34,132 nt of DNA from contig JACPWG010000184.1 in assembly GCA_016197205.1 (NCBI GenBank), positions 1 through 34,132 on the forward strand, in the 5' to 3' direction. A program made the translations under genes and the position numbers. Below are positions 1-9,178 of this stretch, piece after piece. This DNA comes from Planctomycetota bacterium (GTDB taxonomy: Bacteria; Planctomycetota; MHYJ01; WSZJ01; JACPWG01). The first letter of the stretch is position 1, and each line of letters opens with the position of its first letter. The notes beneath the pieces were generated by a model that ran no database searches, was not told where the DNA came from, and worked only from the letters and a program-made list of their open reading frames with translations.

Positions 1-123
1 ACTGTGTTATTACGGGAAGTAGTAGTGATTTGCGAAAACTGGCCTTTGCAAAATTAGACAAAAATAAACAAAATGCATATCCAAATTTTAGAACCGGCGT
101 AGATCTAAATAGCACAAAATATT
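1..123. other. AT-rich (about 30-35% GC) segment of foreign-looking DNA abutting a truncated sigma-factor copy
   Basis: The composition contrasts sharply with the roughly 70% GC of the rest of the window. The truncated sigma reading frame (88-399, minus) runs into this segment and terminates in it. Confidence 0.5.
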
Positions 124-399
124 CTGCTCCCGCAGCTCGTTCAGGCAGAGGTTCACCACGATCCGGAAGAGCCAGGTCCCGAACTTCGCGGTCGGGGCAT
201 ACCGTTCCCGCGCATTCCAGACGCGCACGAACACGTCCTGCCCGAGGTCCTCGCAGGCGGCCCGGTCGTTCGTGTACCGGTACACGGTGTTGAGCACGCT
301 CTTCTGGTACTTTTCGACGAGCTTCGTGAAAGCCTCCTCGTCGCCGCGCTGGAACCGGAGCATGAGGCCGACGTCGGGGTCCTTCGTGTACTCGGGCAT
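88..399 (-). pseudogene. Truncated ECF (sigma-70 family) sigma factor, region 2 only (copy 1). Homology continues through NLCLNELREQ, then the gene is broken by AT-rich DNA.
   Basis: The translation MPEYTKDPDVGLMLRFQRGDEEAFTKLVEKYQKSVLNTVYRYTNDRAACEDLGQDVFVRVWNARERYAPTAKFGTWLFRIVVNLCLNELREQ is a typical ECF sigma region 2.1-2.4. No region 4 follows. It is about 97% identical at the DNA level to 5134-5390. Confidence 0.6.
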
Positions 400-406
400 C
401 TCGGCC

Positions 407-598
407 TCATCCGCGGTGCTTCGGATGGAGGCCCCTGCGGCTCCCCTCCCGGACGGTGATCCCCTGCTCTTCGAACCAGTCCGAGAGCGGGATGACGTAC
501 TTGCGGCTCGTCGCGAGCGCCGTGCGGAAGTCCCCGGAGATCACCTCCCCCTTCTCCTGGACATCGTCCCACGTCCACCAGGAACTGGAATGTGTCAA
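407..598 (-). pseudogene. 3'-terminal fragment of selB (last roughly 50 codons), duplicated copy
   Basis: The C-terminal [50 protein letters not shown] is near-identical to the C-terminus of the full SelB at 5398-7335. Homology stops near 560, and the N-terminal residues MTHSSSWWTWDDV are non-homologous junction sequence. Confidence 0.6.
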
Positions 599-606
599 CT
601 ATCCCT

Positions 607-3390
607 TCACGAAGCATCCTCTACTCGTCTTTTTTCCTTTCGTAGCTCAACCCGGGCACAACGGCGCTTAAGGCTCACGTCCCACAGGGCACTCAGCGTG
701 GCAGCGCGCCATTTGAAGTACTCCCGCCGCGTCTCCGGCTTCCATGAGAACGTACCACCAAACGGATCAGCCAAGAAGTCCGCGAAACTACTCCCAGGCG
801 TCGGACGACGCCGGTTCCCGTCAGATTCCCGCACCAGCCAAATTTTCTTACGACGCCCTCCGGGGTCTGGCAGTGGGAGGAGAAGGGTCAAGTAGGCGCG
901 ACAGAGCGTGCTGACAAAAGTCAACTGGCTTTCGTCATTAGGATTGAATAGCGGCACTTCGCCCCTCTGGATCAGGGCACGCTTCACCTCAACCCTCATG
1001 CTCAACCTTGCTGTAGTCGCATTCACGTCTTGGGTCTCATAGGCAGCTTCGAAAGCCGAATTGGCCATGTTCGCATACGAGGACACGAGGTAGTTTAGAT
1101 AAGGGTTCGACATGGGCCTTTGGAACGACGCCGCAACCTCGGCGCTCAAGAAAGGAAGGTGATGGACAGACTCCAGCCAGTCACCCCAGATCGCTACACC
1201 CGTCGCAGGTCGAGAGAGGCACACAGCAAGACACAGACGGAGCAGAACAGTCATGGACTCGACGGGTCTTACATGTTCCGGCCCGTCATTTGGCAACAAC
1301 TCGCTCCCGCTCGCTAGCGCGGACCGACTCTGAAGAAAGTTGAACCAGTAAGCGTCAAGGAAGAGCCGAGCGTCAAACCCAAACATGACTGCCAGGTTGA
1401 AGACATCCGCAGCGACTTCCCTCAGGAGCCGCTTTGTCAAATTTACTCTCACCCTCCGGTCACGCCCGATCTCCATGCTTAGTTCTCTTAACGGAGGAGG
1501 AACGTCTTCAAAGGACAGCGGACTCTCGGGAAGACAATACTCAATCCAGGTCTCCATCCTATAGAAATTCTCATAATATACATGGCCAACTTCGTGCCCC
1601 ACCACGGTCGCAAAAGACTCTGGATGAAAGGCATCCCTCGGGCTCAGCTCGAGAGCAAACCGGTCCGACATTACGTCCGCAGTTCCGGAGATTGTCGCCA
1701 ACATCGGCGGAATGCCGAGCTGCTCCTCCCAAGGGGCAGGCCTATGGAATGGAGCTTGGCAAAGGATGTCATAGGCACCGGTCAGAGCCGTGGCGACTTG
1801 CTGAACGGCCCCGCGGAAGAGGGGATTAACGTCACGCTCCTGTGAGAATCGGGGGCTCGTATGAATCCTGTTCGCGTAGGCGTGGCCCCACCTTCGCAAT
1901 GCTTCGTCCAATTGCTCGACAAACGCGTCGCGCTTCGAGCAATCCCGCAGGCGGATATCCTCGGCCAGACGGTCGACAAATCCGGCCAAATCCACGAAAT
2001 CCGCATAGAGCAATCGGTCGTCAATCCCATCGTTGTAATTGGAGATCACACCGAGGAGCCGAGTTGTTACCGTGTCCGGAAGCGCGAGTTTTCTACAACT
2101 GTTCCGTATGGACTCTCGATCCTTGCTTGAAATGCGGAACAGCGGTAGGATCATTTCACGGTGGTAATAGTAATGGTCCCCAGCAACAGGAGGCAGCGGG
2201 CGCCCATATGGAAGAAACTGCCCGAGCAACGAATAGGTCTTGAGGGCATGATCTCGAATTGTCGCACCACAAGCCTTTGCAACAAATTCTGCAATGACTT
2301 CCCTCGACGACATTTCGCGCATGGCGAATTCTGGATGAATGAAATCAAACTTTCCGAGGGTTAATCTAACCTCTGGCTGCCCCCTCGGGTCCAGCAAGGA
2401 GCCGAGATGTCCCGGCCGGCTCGTCCACAGAGATGTGAAGTGGCATCTGTCTTTCTCGTCTGGCGGAGCTATCGGCTTGCCGATTGCACTGAGTTTGACA
2501 ACTCGGTCCTTGTGCGAAATATTCAGCCCCACAGCACCCGCCTCTACGGCTATGCGCTCTCGCTCGTTCTCCTGGATCCACCTCTCGAAAAGCTCAAACC
2601 GGAAACCTGCCGTTGTCCAGGCTGCGTCGAAAAGGTGACAATTACGGGTGCTGTGATCAAAAACGCTGTCCACCCAGTGGAGCGCGGCTGCCGCTTGTGC
2701 ATGCGAGGGCCACCCAGCAAACAGAGAATTCACGGATTCCTCGCGGAACTGATCAAGGACGCTCATGGACTCGGCGAACGACTTGCTCGCGATCAGCAGG
2801 GTGATTTCGTTCCATCCCATGCTCTGCAATTGGAGGAAAGAGCAAGGAACGGCGCCAGCAGTGGCCACCTTGTAGTTCAGCCACAACTGCACCCATCGAA
2901 GGAAATCGAATCCACCGCGCATCATCAGAACGGGGTTCAGCTTGAGCTGCGTCATGGTTAGGATTGGTAGCTGCTCCGCAGTTGCCAGGAAAGTCTTCAC
3001 TGCCGTGAGCGCGTCCGGTGGTGGAGCTCCTGGACATTCTCTATTCGAGGGCAGGAGTGGGACGAATCCGAAAAGTGACTGGTGCTGAAATCCATGGTCT
3101 TTTTCGGGGTCCGAGACGAATCCATTGAACGCATTGAAGTCCCTGAGGGCGAACGTTGCTCCATCCAAGGCCGCAACAACAAGCAGATCCCAGTCAGAGA
3201 AAATCGAGTAGATGTGCGGTACGTACAAACCGTCATCCAACGGGGCGCTGATGGAGGCCTCTAGGTTCGTTCGTCGGCGATCGAATAGCGGACGCACAGC
3301 TTCCTGGACCAGGGTCACCCGGTCCCGCCCTACTGGCGCCGTTACAAGTCCCACAAATACGCCCACGTCGCCCAGCCCAATCACAGGCAT
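607..3390 (-). CDS. Large hypothetical protein (927 aa) with an HExxH zinc-metallopeptidase-like motif (VVGHEVGHVYYENFY), in a lower-GC island
   Basis: This is a long ORF with coherent codon usage in DNA of about 50-58% GC. An HEVGH motif is followed by acidic residues (ENFYRMETWIEY). No family was confidently recognised. Confidence 0.6.
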   Translation of the reverse strand: MPVIGLGDVGVFVGLVTAPVGRDRVTLVQEAVRPLFDRRRTNLEASISAPLDDGLYVPHIYSIFSDWDLLVVAALDGATFALRDFNAFNGFVSDPEKDHGFQHQSLFGFVPLLPSNRECPGAPPPDALTAVKTFLATAEQLPILTMTQLKLNPVLMMRGGFDFLRWVQLWLNYKVATAGAVPCSFLQLQSMGWNEITLLIASKSFAESMSVLDQFREESVNSLFAGWPSHAQAAAALHWVDSVFDHSTRNCHLFDAAWTTAGFRFELFERWIQENERERIAVEAGAVGLNISHKDRVVKLSAIGKPIAPPDEKDRCHFTSLWTSRPGHLGSLLDPRGQPEVRLTLGKFDFIHPEFAMREMSSREVIAEFVAKACGATIRDHALKTYSLLGQFLPYGRPLPPVAGDHYYYHREMILPLFRISSKDRESIRNSCRKLALPDTVTTRLLGVISNYNDGIDDRLLYADFVDLAGFVDRLAEDIRLRDCSKRDAFVEQLDEALRRWGHAYANRIHTSPRFSQERDVNPLFRGAVQQVATALTGAYDILCQAPFHRPAPWEEQLGIPPMLATISGTADVMSDRFALELSPRDAFHPESFATVVGHEVGHVYYENFYRMETWIEYCLPESPLSFEDVPPPLRELSMEIGRDRRVRVNLTKRLLREVAADVFNLAVMFGFDARLFLDAYWFNFLQSRSALASGSELLPNDGPEHVRPVESMTVLLRLCLAVCLSRPATGVAIWGDWLESVHHLPFLSAEVAASFQRPMSNPYLNYLVSSYANMANSAFEAAYETQDVNATTARLSMRVEVKRALIQRGEVPLFNPNDESQLTFVSTLCRAYLTLLLPLPDPGGRRKKIWLVRESDGNRRRPTPGSSFADFLADPFGGTFSWKPETRREYFKWRAATLSALWDVSLKRRCARVELRKEKRRVEDAS

Positions 3391-3531
3391 GTCCGAGTCT
3401 CCACTTCAAGGAGGCCCCCGCCGCGTGCTGGAACTCCAGCGCCATCGTCAAGGTGGCGTCGTTCCAACGCGAATGGAGTGTGGCTTCAAATGTCGAGGGG
3501 CACCTTGCCCCCCCGGGCTTGACACCCATGT

Positions 3532-4011
3532 TCATCCGGACGAGGTGGGTGGGTTCGAGGTGTTCGCAGGCAGACCACCCAACGGTCTCTTCATGAACAG
3601 TCCCGCGTTGCCATACGCCCCTTCCCCGAGAGCCTGGAGGGTGTCGTGGATGATGTCCTCGTAGCGCCCCATCTTGCTCGTCCACCTCCCATCCGCTAGC
3701 TGTCGGGCTACATGGACGGGTCTGAGGAGATTAACGAAGACCGCGATCTTCTCGAATCCCGGCTCAAGCCCCCCATCAGGACACCTAGAATAACCCAGAG
3801 TGGCGAAACAGCATTCGAAGGTATCCAGACTCTCTTTGCACGGGCAACTTTGCGGCCAGTAGTAATTGCCGCTCGGGTGGGGCCACCATCTCCGCGTCGT
3901 GTCACACGCGGCCCATGCGACGCAGTTGTACCGGTCATCCGGCGGGCTCGTCACCGAGTAGCTCGCTGGAACCAGCAAGGGGAAGCTCGCAATGAACCGC
4001 GCTAAGCACAC
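3532..4011 (-). CDS. Hypothetical 159-aa protein. It has a hydrophobic N-terminus, possibly a signal peptide, a conserved-looking YNCVAWAA Cys motif and downstream His residues, so a papain-like or NlpC/P60-type hydrolase is a speculative call.
   Basis: The ORF directly abuts the stop of the upstream gene at 4012. The motif order is Cys then His, and the product is Cys-rich. Confidence 0.45.
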   Translation of the reverse strand: MCLARFIASFPLLVPASYSVTSPPDDRYNCVAWAACDTTRRWWPHPSGNYYWPQSCPCKESLDTFECCFATLGYSRCPDGGLEPGFEKIAVFVNLLRPVHVARQLADGRWTSKMGRYEDIIHDTLQALGEGAYGNAGLFMKRPLGGLPANTSNPPTSSG

Positions 4012-4602
4012 TTAAAGGAACCCAGCCTGTTTGCCCCAACTGACCCAGCACTTTCGCATTTCCTCAACCTGCCCCGCCTGTTCGGGCGGAACCGGATTCT
4101 TCTGCGTAATCTCTACGAGGGCGTCGAACCACAGTCCGCCGAACGACTCCAGGTCCCGGAGCAAAAGTGGTACGATTGCCCAGCCCATGTCGACGATGCG
4201 CTTGTATGCCGGATGACAGGCTAGGCGTGCAGGTGATGACTCAATCCCAGTCTCGTCCTTCCAAGTTTTCGCAAGCGAAGCGAACTTCTCTGCAACTCCA
4301 GGTTGGCTGAACTTAGCCGGCGCAAGGCTAGGAAGCGAGGGGTCCGTTGGGACGGGACAAAAGATGGGCGCTGGTGGAAAGTTCGGGCGCTCTGCGAGCC
4401 GCTTCAAGATCTGCCCTCGCGTCTCGGAGTCCCTGTCGTCCCAACCTAGCCGAATTCCTCCGGCGGCGGTCTCCTCAGTGGGATTCTCTTTCTCCTTGGG
4501 CATCTCGGTCTCCCACATGGCACATGCTGGGGTACGATCCCTCCTTCTTGGGTAGGAGGGCATGACCGGCCGGATTATACTGATCGCGGCCGAGGATGTC
4601 AA
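4012..4602 (-). CDS. Hypothetical protein (196 aa as tracked). The true start may be an internal Met near 4518 (MWETEMPKEKEN).
   Basis: The ORF lies in the low-GC island, on the same strand as and abutting the next gene, consistent with a three-gene operon. No recognisable family was found. Confidence 0.45.
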   Translation of the reverse strand: MTSSAAISIIRPVMPSYPRRRDRTPACAMWETEMPKEKENPTEETAAGGIRLGWDDRDSETRGQILKRLAERPNFPPAPIFCPVPTDPSLPSLAPAKFSQPGVAEKFASLAKTWKDETGIESSPARLACHPAYKRIVDMGWAIVPLLLRDLESFGGLWFDALVEITQKNPVPPEQAGQVEEMRKCWVSWGKQAGFL

Positions 4603-4971
4603 CCCTCGCTACAGCGCATCCGCAAGTAAGACATTTCGGTCGAGGACAGACGAATAGCGCCGACACCCAAGGGGCGTTCGGGCAGCGGGTCGTTGTACGG
4701 TCACTTCAAGCGTTGGACAACTTGCCGGTCGCCTGGCTCCAGCAGCCCGCCGCGCCTTCTTGGTCACGGCGAAGTGAAGCATGGGCACGGTCGGCGCGCC
4801 CCGCAGGGCGCTGCCCGGGTCCGGGGCAGGACAGGGGGCGCTGTCAGCGGGACGATCCATCGTGGGCGGCTCCTGGACTAGAAGAGCAGCCGCCGATTGT
4901 ATCCCGGACGCGAGACCGGGGGCAACGAAAAGTGCTGCCGGCGCCGAGCCGGAATCAACCCTGCGGTCGCC

Positions 4972-5390
4972 CTACGGGGCCTCGTCCAGCTCCAGGTACC
5001 GCGCCAGCAGCCGCTTCAGGCCCTCCCGCCCCCGAAAGAGGAGCGACTTCACCGCCGGCGTGGAAAGCTCCATCCGCGCGGCGATCTCCTCGTACGACAG
5101 CTCTTCGTATTTGTCCAGGATCAGCGCGAGCTCAGGCAGAGGTTCACCACGATCCGGAAGAGCCAGGTCCCGAACTTCGCGGTCGGGGCATACCGTTCCC
5201 GCGCATTCCAGACGCGCACGAACACGTCCTGCGCGAGGTCCTCGCAGGCGGCCCGGTCGTTCGTGTACCGGTACACGGTGTTGAGCACGCTCTTCTGGTA
5301 CTTCTCGACGAGCTTCGTGAAAGCGTCCTCGTCGCCGCGCTGGAACCGGAGCATGAGGCCGACGTCGGGGTCCTTCGTGTACTCGGGCAT
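4972..5390 (-). pseudogene. ECF sigma factor (copy 2) with a frame disruption. Region 2 (5134-5390) is in one frame, and region 4 (4975-5133, LPELALILDKYEELSYEEIAARMELSTPAVKSLLFRGREGLKRLLARY) is in the -1 frame with almost no linker.
   Basis: The region-2 ORF ends at ...RIVVNLCLSSR*. The region-4 helix-turn-helix is only readable by shifting frame at exactly the point where the direct repeat with copy 1 begins. The usual linker of about 30-50 aa between regions 2.4 and 4 is missing. Confidence 0.6.
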
Positions 5391-5397
5391 CTCGGCC

Positions 5398-7335
5398 TCA
5401 TCCGCGGTGCTTCGGATGGAGGACCCTGCGGCTCCCCTCCCGGACGGTGATCCCCTGCTCGTCGAACCAGTCCAGGAGCGGGATGACGTACTTGCGGCTC
5501 GTCGCGAGGGCCGTGCGGAAATCCCCGGAGATCACCTCCCCCTTCTCCTGGATCTGCTTCACGAGGAGCTCGCGCGCCTTCTCGATCGCCTTCTGGTGCA
5601 GGAGGATGTCGTCCTTCAGCCGGATGATCGTCCCCGACTCCACGAGGATCCGCAGCACCTGCGCCGCTTTCTCCGCCGTCGCCTTGAGCAGCCCGGGCAG
5701 CTCGTCCGGACGCGGCGTGTTGAACTCCGTCTCCAACAGGAGCTGCTCGAGCTGCCCCGACAGCCGCCGGAACTCGTCGTTCATGCGGACCTGGAAGTTC
5801 GCGGCCCGCAGGAAGGCGTTCTCCTCGACCACCGCCGCCGTCCGCAACAATTCGCCGAGGACGAGGTCGTACGCTTCGTTCTCCAGCTCGAGCCGGTTAC
5901 GGAAGGCGATCCGCTCGATCCCCGCGCGGAGCGGGTTCTCGGCGTGAAAGGCCGCGAGCGAGGCCAGCGCCTTTTCGCGGGTCTTCGCGAGCGCGTCGAC
6001 GTGGAGGAAGCGGTTCCCCTGGTGAATCGGGATGAGCCGGCCCTTGGCCACGAGCGCGGCCAGGAGCTCCGCCGTCCGCTCGACGGTGAGCCCGGTCTCG
6101 TGCGCCACCGGGTCGCGCGCGAGCGCACGCGCGCCGGAGGCCTTCACCGCATACTCGACGGAGGGCTCCGCGTCCGTCATCACGCGCTCTCGCTCGGAGA
6201 GGTCCTCGAGGACCTCCGCGCGGTTGCGGCGGAGCTTGCGCCCAAGCGAAGCGATGATCTTGCCGCCGCCGATCGTCACCGTCGGCGACTGGTGGCGCAC
6301 GACGAAGTAGTCGCCGGGGGCGGCGACCACCGGGTCTTCCAGGAGGAACTGCACGAGGACCTCTTCGCCCGGGGACGCCTCTTTTCGATCGAGCAGGATC
6401 ATCTTCCCCATGACCTCGGCCGTGCCCGTGTGGAACCGGATCGGCAGGTGGGTCTTCAGCGGAACGGTGAAATCGCTCAGGTAGCTGAGGCGCGCCTCGA
6501 CCGTCGTGCGCGCCTGGAAGTAGCCGGGCGTGGCGACGACGAAGCCGCGGACGACGAGGTTGTGGTCGACGTCGCTCACGTTGAGCGCGGAGGAGTGGCC
6601 GGCACGGACCTCGTTCACGTCGCTCTTGTACGCCTGCAGGCCGCGGATGCGACCCGTCTTGCCGAGCGGGAGGAACTCGACGGTGTCTCCGAGCGAGGCC
6701 CGGCCCGAGAGCGGGATGCCGGTGACGACCGTGCCGAAGCCTTTCGCCGAGAAGACGCGCTGGACCGGCATGCGGAAGGCGCCGTCCGTGCTCTTCGGCG
6801 GCGTGGCGGCCACCATCGCGTTCAGCGTGTCCCAGAAGTGCGGGAAGCCTTCGTCGGTCACGACGGAGATCGGGCAGAGGGGCGCGGTCTCGAGGAAGCT
6901 CCCCTTCACGAGGTCGCGGACCTCTTCGATGACGACCTCGGTCAGCTCGCGATCGACCATGTCGATCTTGGTGACGACGACGATGCCGCGCTTGACCCCG
7001 AGAAGGGACATGATGTGGAGGTGTTCGCGCGTCTGGGGCATGACGCCGTCGTTGGCGGCGACGAGGAGCAGGACGAGGTCGATCCCGGTCGCGCCGGCGA
7101 CCATGTTCTTGACGAACTTCTCGTGCCCGGGCACGTCGACGATGCCGATGCGGCGGCCGTCTTTGAGCAGGCAGGGCGCGAAGCCGAGGTCGATGGTGAG
7201 CCCGCGCTCCTTTTCCTCGGGCAGCCGATCGGGATCGATCCCCGTGAGCCGGCGGACGAGGGAGGACTTGCCGTGGTCGATGTGGCCGGCGGTGCCGATC
7301 ACCACGTTCACGATGGGGGGGGCGACGCGGGGCAT
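5398..7335 (-). CDS. selB: Selenocysteine-specific translation elongation factor SelB
   Basis: The G1 motif [13 protein letters not shown], the motifs DVPGHEKF and [12 protein letters not shown], and the EF-Tu-like domains II/III plus C-terminal winged-helix repeats all align with E. coli SelB along the whole length. The tracked ORF (to 8274) carries an Arg/Pro-rich artefactual N-terminal extension; the real start is [18 protein letters not shown]. Confidence 0.85.
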   Translation of the reverse strand: MPRVAPPIVNVVIGTAGHIDHGKSSLVRRLTGIDPDRLPEEKERGLTIDLGFAPCLLKDGRRIGIVDVPGHEKFVKNMVAGATGIDLVLLLVAANDGVMPQTREHLHIMSLLGVKRGIVVVTKIDMVDRELTEVVIEEVRDLVKGSFLETAPLCPISVVTDEGFPHFWDTLNAMVAATPPKSTDGAFRMPVQRVFSAKGFGTVVTGIPLSGRASLGDTVEFLPLGKTGRIRGLQAYKSDVNEVRAGHSSALNVSDVDHNLVVRGFVVATPGYFQARTTVEARLSYLSDFTVPLKTHLPIRFHTGTAEVMGKMILLDRKEASPGEEVLVQFLLEDPVVAAPGDYFVVRHQSPTVTIGGGKIIASLGRKLRRNRAEVLEDLSERERVMTDAEPSVEYAVKASGARALARDPVAHETGLTVERTAELLAALVAKGRLIPIHQGNRFLHVDALAKTREKALASLAAFHAENPLRAGIERIAFRNRLELENEAYDLVLGELLRTAAVVEENAFLRAANFQVRMNDEFRRLSGQLEQLLLETEFNTPRPDELPGLLKATAEKAAQVLRILVESGTIIRLKDDILLHQKAIEKARELLVKQIQEKGEVISGDFRTALATSRKYVIPLLDWFDEQGITVREGSRRVLHPKHRG

Positions 7336-7574
7336 GGCACGGCTTTCCAGGAGGGGCCGGAGATGCGGGGAACGGGGGCCTTCGACCGAGTGCTTGCGGC
7401 TCGTTCGCTGCGTGCGGCGCCGGAAACCGAACCGCGACGGTCTGGGAGCGGTCTCGGCCCGTCCTCTCACGGCCCCGGGTTCAAGCCCACCGACAGCCGG
7501 AGGACGGTCCCGGGCGTCGATGCGCAAGAGTGGAGATTCTAGAGCGGCGGCTTCGAAGATGCAAGCGACGGACG

Positions 7575-8495
7575 CTACCGGTAGAGGCGCAGCACCGCGG
7601 CCACGCGATTCCGTTCCTCCGGCGACGTCGCGAGGATGAGGCTGTCGGCGCGGCGGGTGAGGTCGGCGGGGAAGAAGTCGCGCCCGCGCCGGTCGCTCAC
7701 GACCAGGCCGGCCGCGGCCGCGATCTCGGAGGCGAGCTGACCGTCGAAGGCATTGGCGAGGCCCGCGTAGGCGGTTGTATCCCCTTCGAAGAGGCGCCAG
7801 AGCGTGGACGGGTGGGAGGCAGCGACGCGGTACGGCAGGCGCGCCGCGTCGAAGTGGGAGGCGCGGTTGCCGTCGAGGTCGAGGAGGCGCGGGGCGAGCA
7901 CGACGCGGGACGGGCGGTCGCCGCCGGCGACGCGCAGCGGGCGGCCGTTCCTGAACGCGCGACCGCCCACGGAGTGGTAGACGATCCCGAGCGCGGGCAG
8001 CGCGCAGACGGAGACGAGGCCGGCGCCGGGGAGTTTGACGCCAGGGACCTGGGCGCCGAGCACCACGCCATAAAGTTTGGGGTCGATCCGCGATTTGATC
8101 CTGGCGACGGCGTCGGCGGCGAAGCCGACTCCGATCGCGGTGTCCTCCCACGCCATGGTGCCGACCGCGTAGCTGAGCGTGCCGTCGATGGGGTCGACGA
8201 AGAGGACGGGCGCGCCGTTTCGGGGGCGGAACTCGGCGAGGGAAGGCGACTCCTCCTCGGCGTGGACCTTGCATTCGCGGAGACCGGCGGCGAGGAAGCG
8301 GGCGAGGACGGCCTCCTGGGCCGCGAAGTCGCCGGAGGTGAGGATGCGGCGCGACATGAGCGCATGCGGGTTGGCGCCGGTGGCGGCGGGCTTGAACGAG
8401 ACGGTGGCGAACGTGCGCTCGTCGGCCGCGGCCTCGCCGGCCGCGCGCGCGGCCTCGAGGAGGACCTGGACGAGCTTTTGGACGTCGATCGGCAT
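7575..8495 (-). CDS. Inositol monophosphatase / 3'(2'),5'-bisphosphate nucleotidase family (FIG superfamily) protein
   Basis: The VDPIDGT motif and overall layout are typical of the IMPase/SuhB/CysQ family. Confidence 0.75.
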   Translation of the reverse strand: MPIDVQKLVQVLLEAARAAGEAAADERTFATVSFKPAATGANPHALMSRRILTSGDFAAQEAVLARFLAAGLRECKVHAEEESPSLAEFRPRNGAPVLFVDPIDGTLSYAVGTMAWEDTAIGVGFAADAVARIKSRIDPKLYGVVLGAQVPGVKLPGAGLVSVCALPALGIVYHSVGGRAFRNGRPLRVAGGDRPSRVVLAPRLLDLDGNRASHFDAARLPYRVAASHPSTLWRLFEGDTTAYAGLANAFDGQLASEIAAAAGLVVSDRRGRDFFPADLTRRADSLILATSPEERNRVAAVLRLYR

Positions 8496-8613
8496 GGGTC
8501 GGCGCGCCTCCCGGAGGTGAGTGACGCGGGGAGTGTACCGGAGCGCCGCGGGGAAGTCAACCGTGTGGGGGGAGTGGCCAGCTCAGGGCTCCCCGTGCCG
8601 GCTAAACGCGGTC

Positions 8614-8656
8614 GAAATTTGAAATTTGAAATTTGACTTTTTGCAATTTGAAATTC
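8614..8656. promoter_or_regulatory. AT-rich tandem heptamer array (GAAATTT)x3 plus a spaced fourth copy (CAATTTGAAATTC), in a divergent intergenic region
   Basis: The sequence gaaatttgaaatttgaaatttgactttttgcaatttgaaattc sits between the IMPase gene (minus) and the HEPN module (plus). It is unusually AT-rich for this genome. Confidence 0.3.
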
Positions 8657-8837
8657 GGCCCGGCCGTGTGGGTCGAATGCGAGACTTTTACACACAGACG
8701 CGGAGACGCAGAGGCCGGGCGCTGAGTGCAGCGTCGTCTACCGGCACGGTTCGATCATGCCTCGATGGTCCTTGATCGCGCTCACGCGGAAAGCCTAGAA
8801 TGAAGGAGATGGTCGGCCCTCAGACTGGAGTCGAGTC

Positions 8838-9173
8838 ATGTCGAAGACCTTGCACGAAGACGCGGTCGGGAGCGATCCCTCGGGGCTGGGACCCCCAACC
8901 GACGTGGGCGAATTCATGGCGCAGCACGGACTCACGGCCTCTGCCCAAGTGTGCCTCGCGCTCGTCCGCAGCAACTTCACGGATCTCCTCAGCTCTTCGC
9001 TGGCGCTTCGTGAAGATCCGGAGACCGGTGATCGCTGGATTGCCTTGGAGATCACGCTCGGCGGCGCGACCTCCTCTTTCATGGAAGCCTATCTCGCCTA
9101 CACGCGAGAGTTCCTCGTCGCGATACCGCCGGCACTTCGTCCGCTCCTTCGACTGTCCTACAACGCGGCCTGA
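8838..9173 (+). CDS. Hypothetical 111-aa protein, possible partner (antitoxin-like) of the downstream HEPN protein
   Basis: Its stop lies 5 bp before the start of the HEPN gene, and a plausible RBS (ggagtcgagtcATG) is present. It has no nucleotidyltransferase (MNT) motifs. Confidence 0.45.
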   Translation: MSKTLHEDAVGSDPSGLGPPTDVGEFMAQHGLTASAQVCLALVRSNFTDLLSSSLALREDPETGDRWIALEITLGGATSSFMEAYLAYTREFLVAIPPALRPLLRLSYNAA

Positions 9174-9178
9174 GGGCG

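Noticed and set aside
4609-4860. 83-aa minus-strand ORF downstream of the sigma pseudogene as a possible anti-sigma factor
   Set aside because: No anti-sigma (zf-HC2/RskA) motifs or TM segment. Ala/Arg/Pro-rich, so likely spurious, although an anti-sigma remnant cannot be fully excluded.
4897-7542. 881-aa plus-strand ORF antisense to selB and the sigma pseudogene
   Set aside because: Arg/Gly/Asp-rich low-complexity translation typical of antisense frames in high-GC DNA. The opposite strand carries SelB with full-length homology.
8614-8656. Possibility that the GAAATTT repeats are a CRISPR array
   Set aside because: 7-bp units without spacers. No CRISPR repeat-spacer architecture exists anywhere in the window.
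7530-8695. ORFs 7530..8636 (+), 7697..8695 (-) and 8179..8520 (+) overlapping the inositol monophosphatase gene
   Set aside because: Low-complexity translations. The IMPase frame carries the conserved DPIDGT motif.
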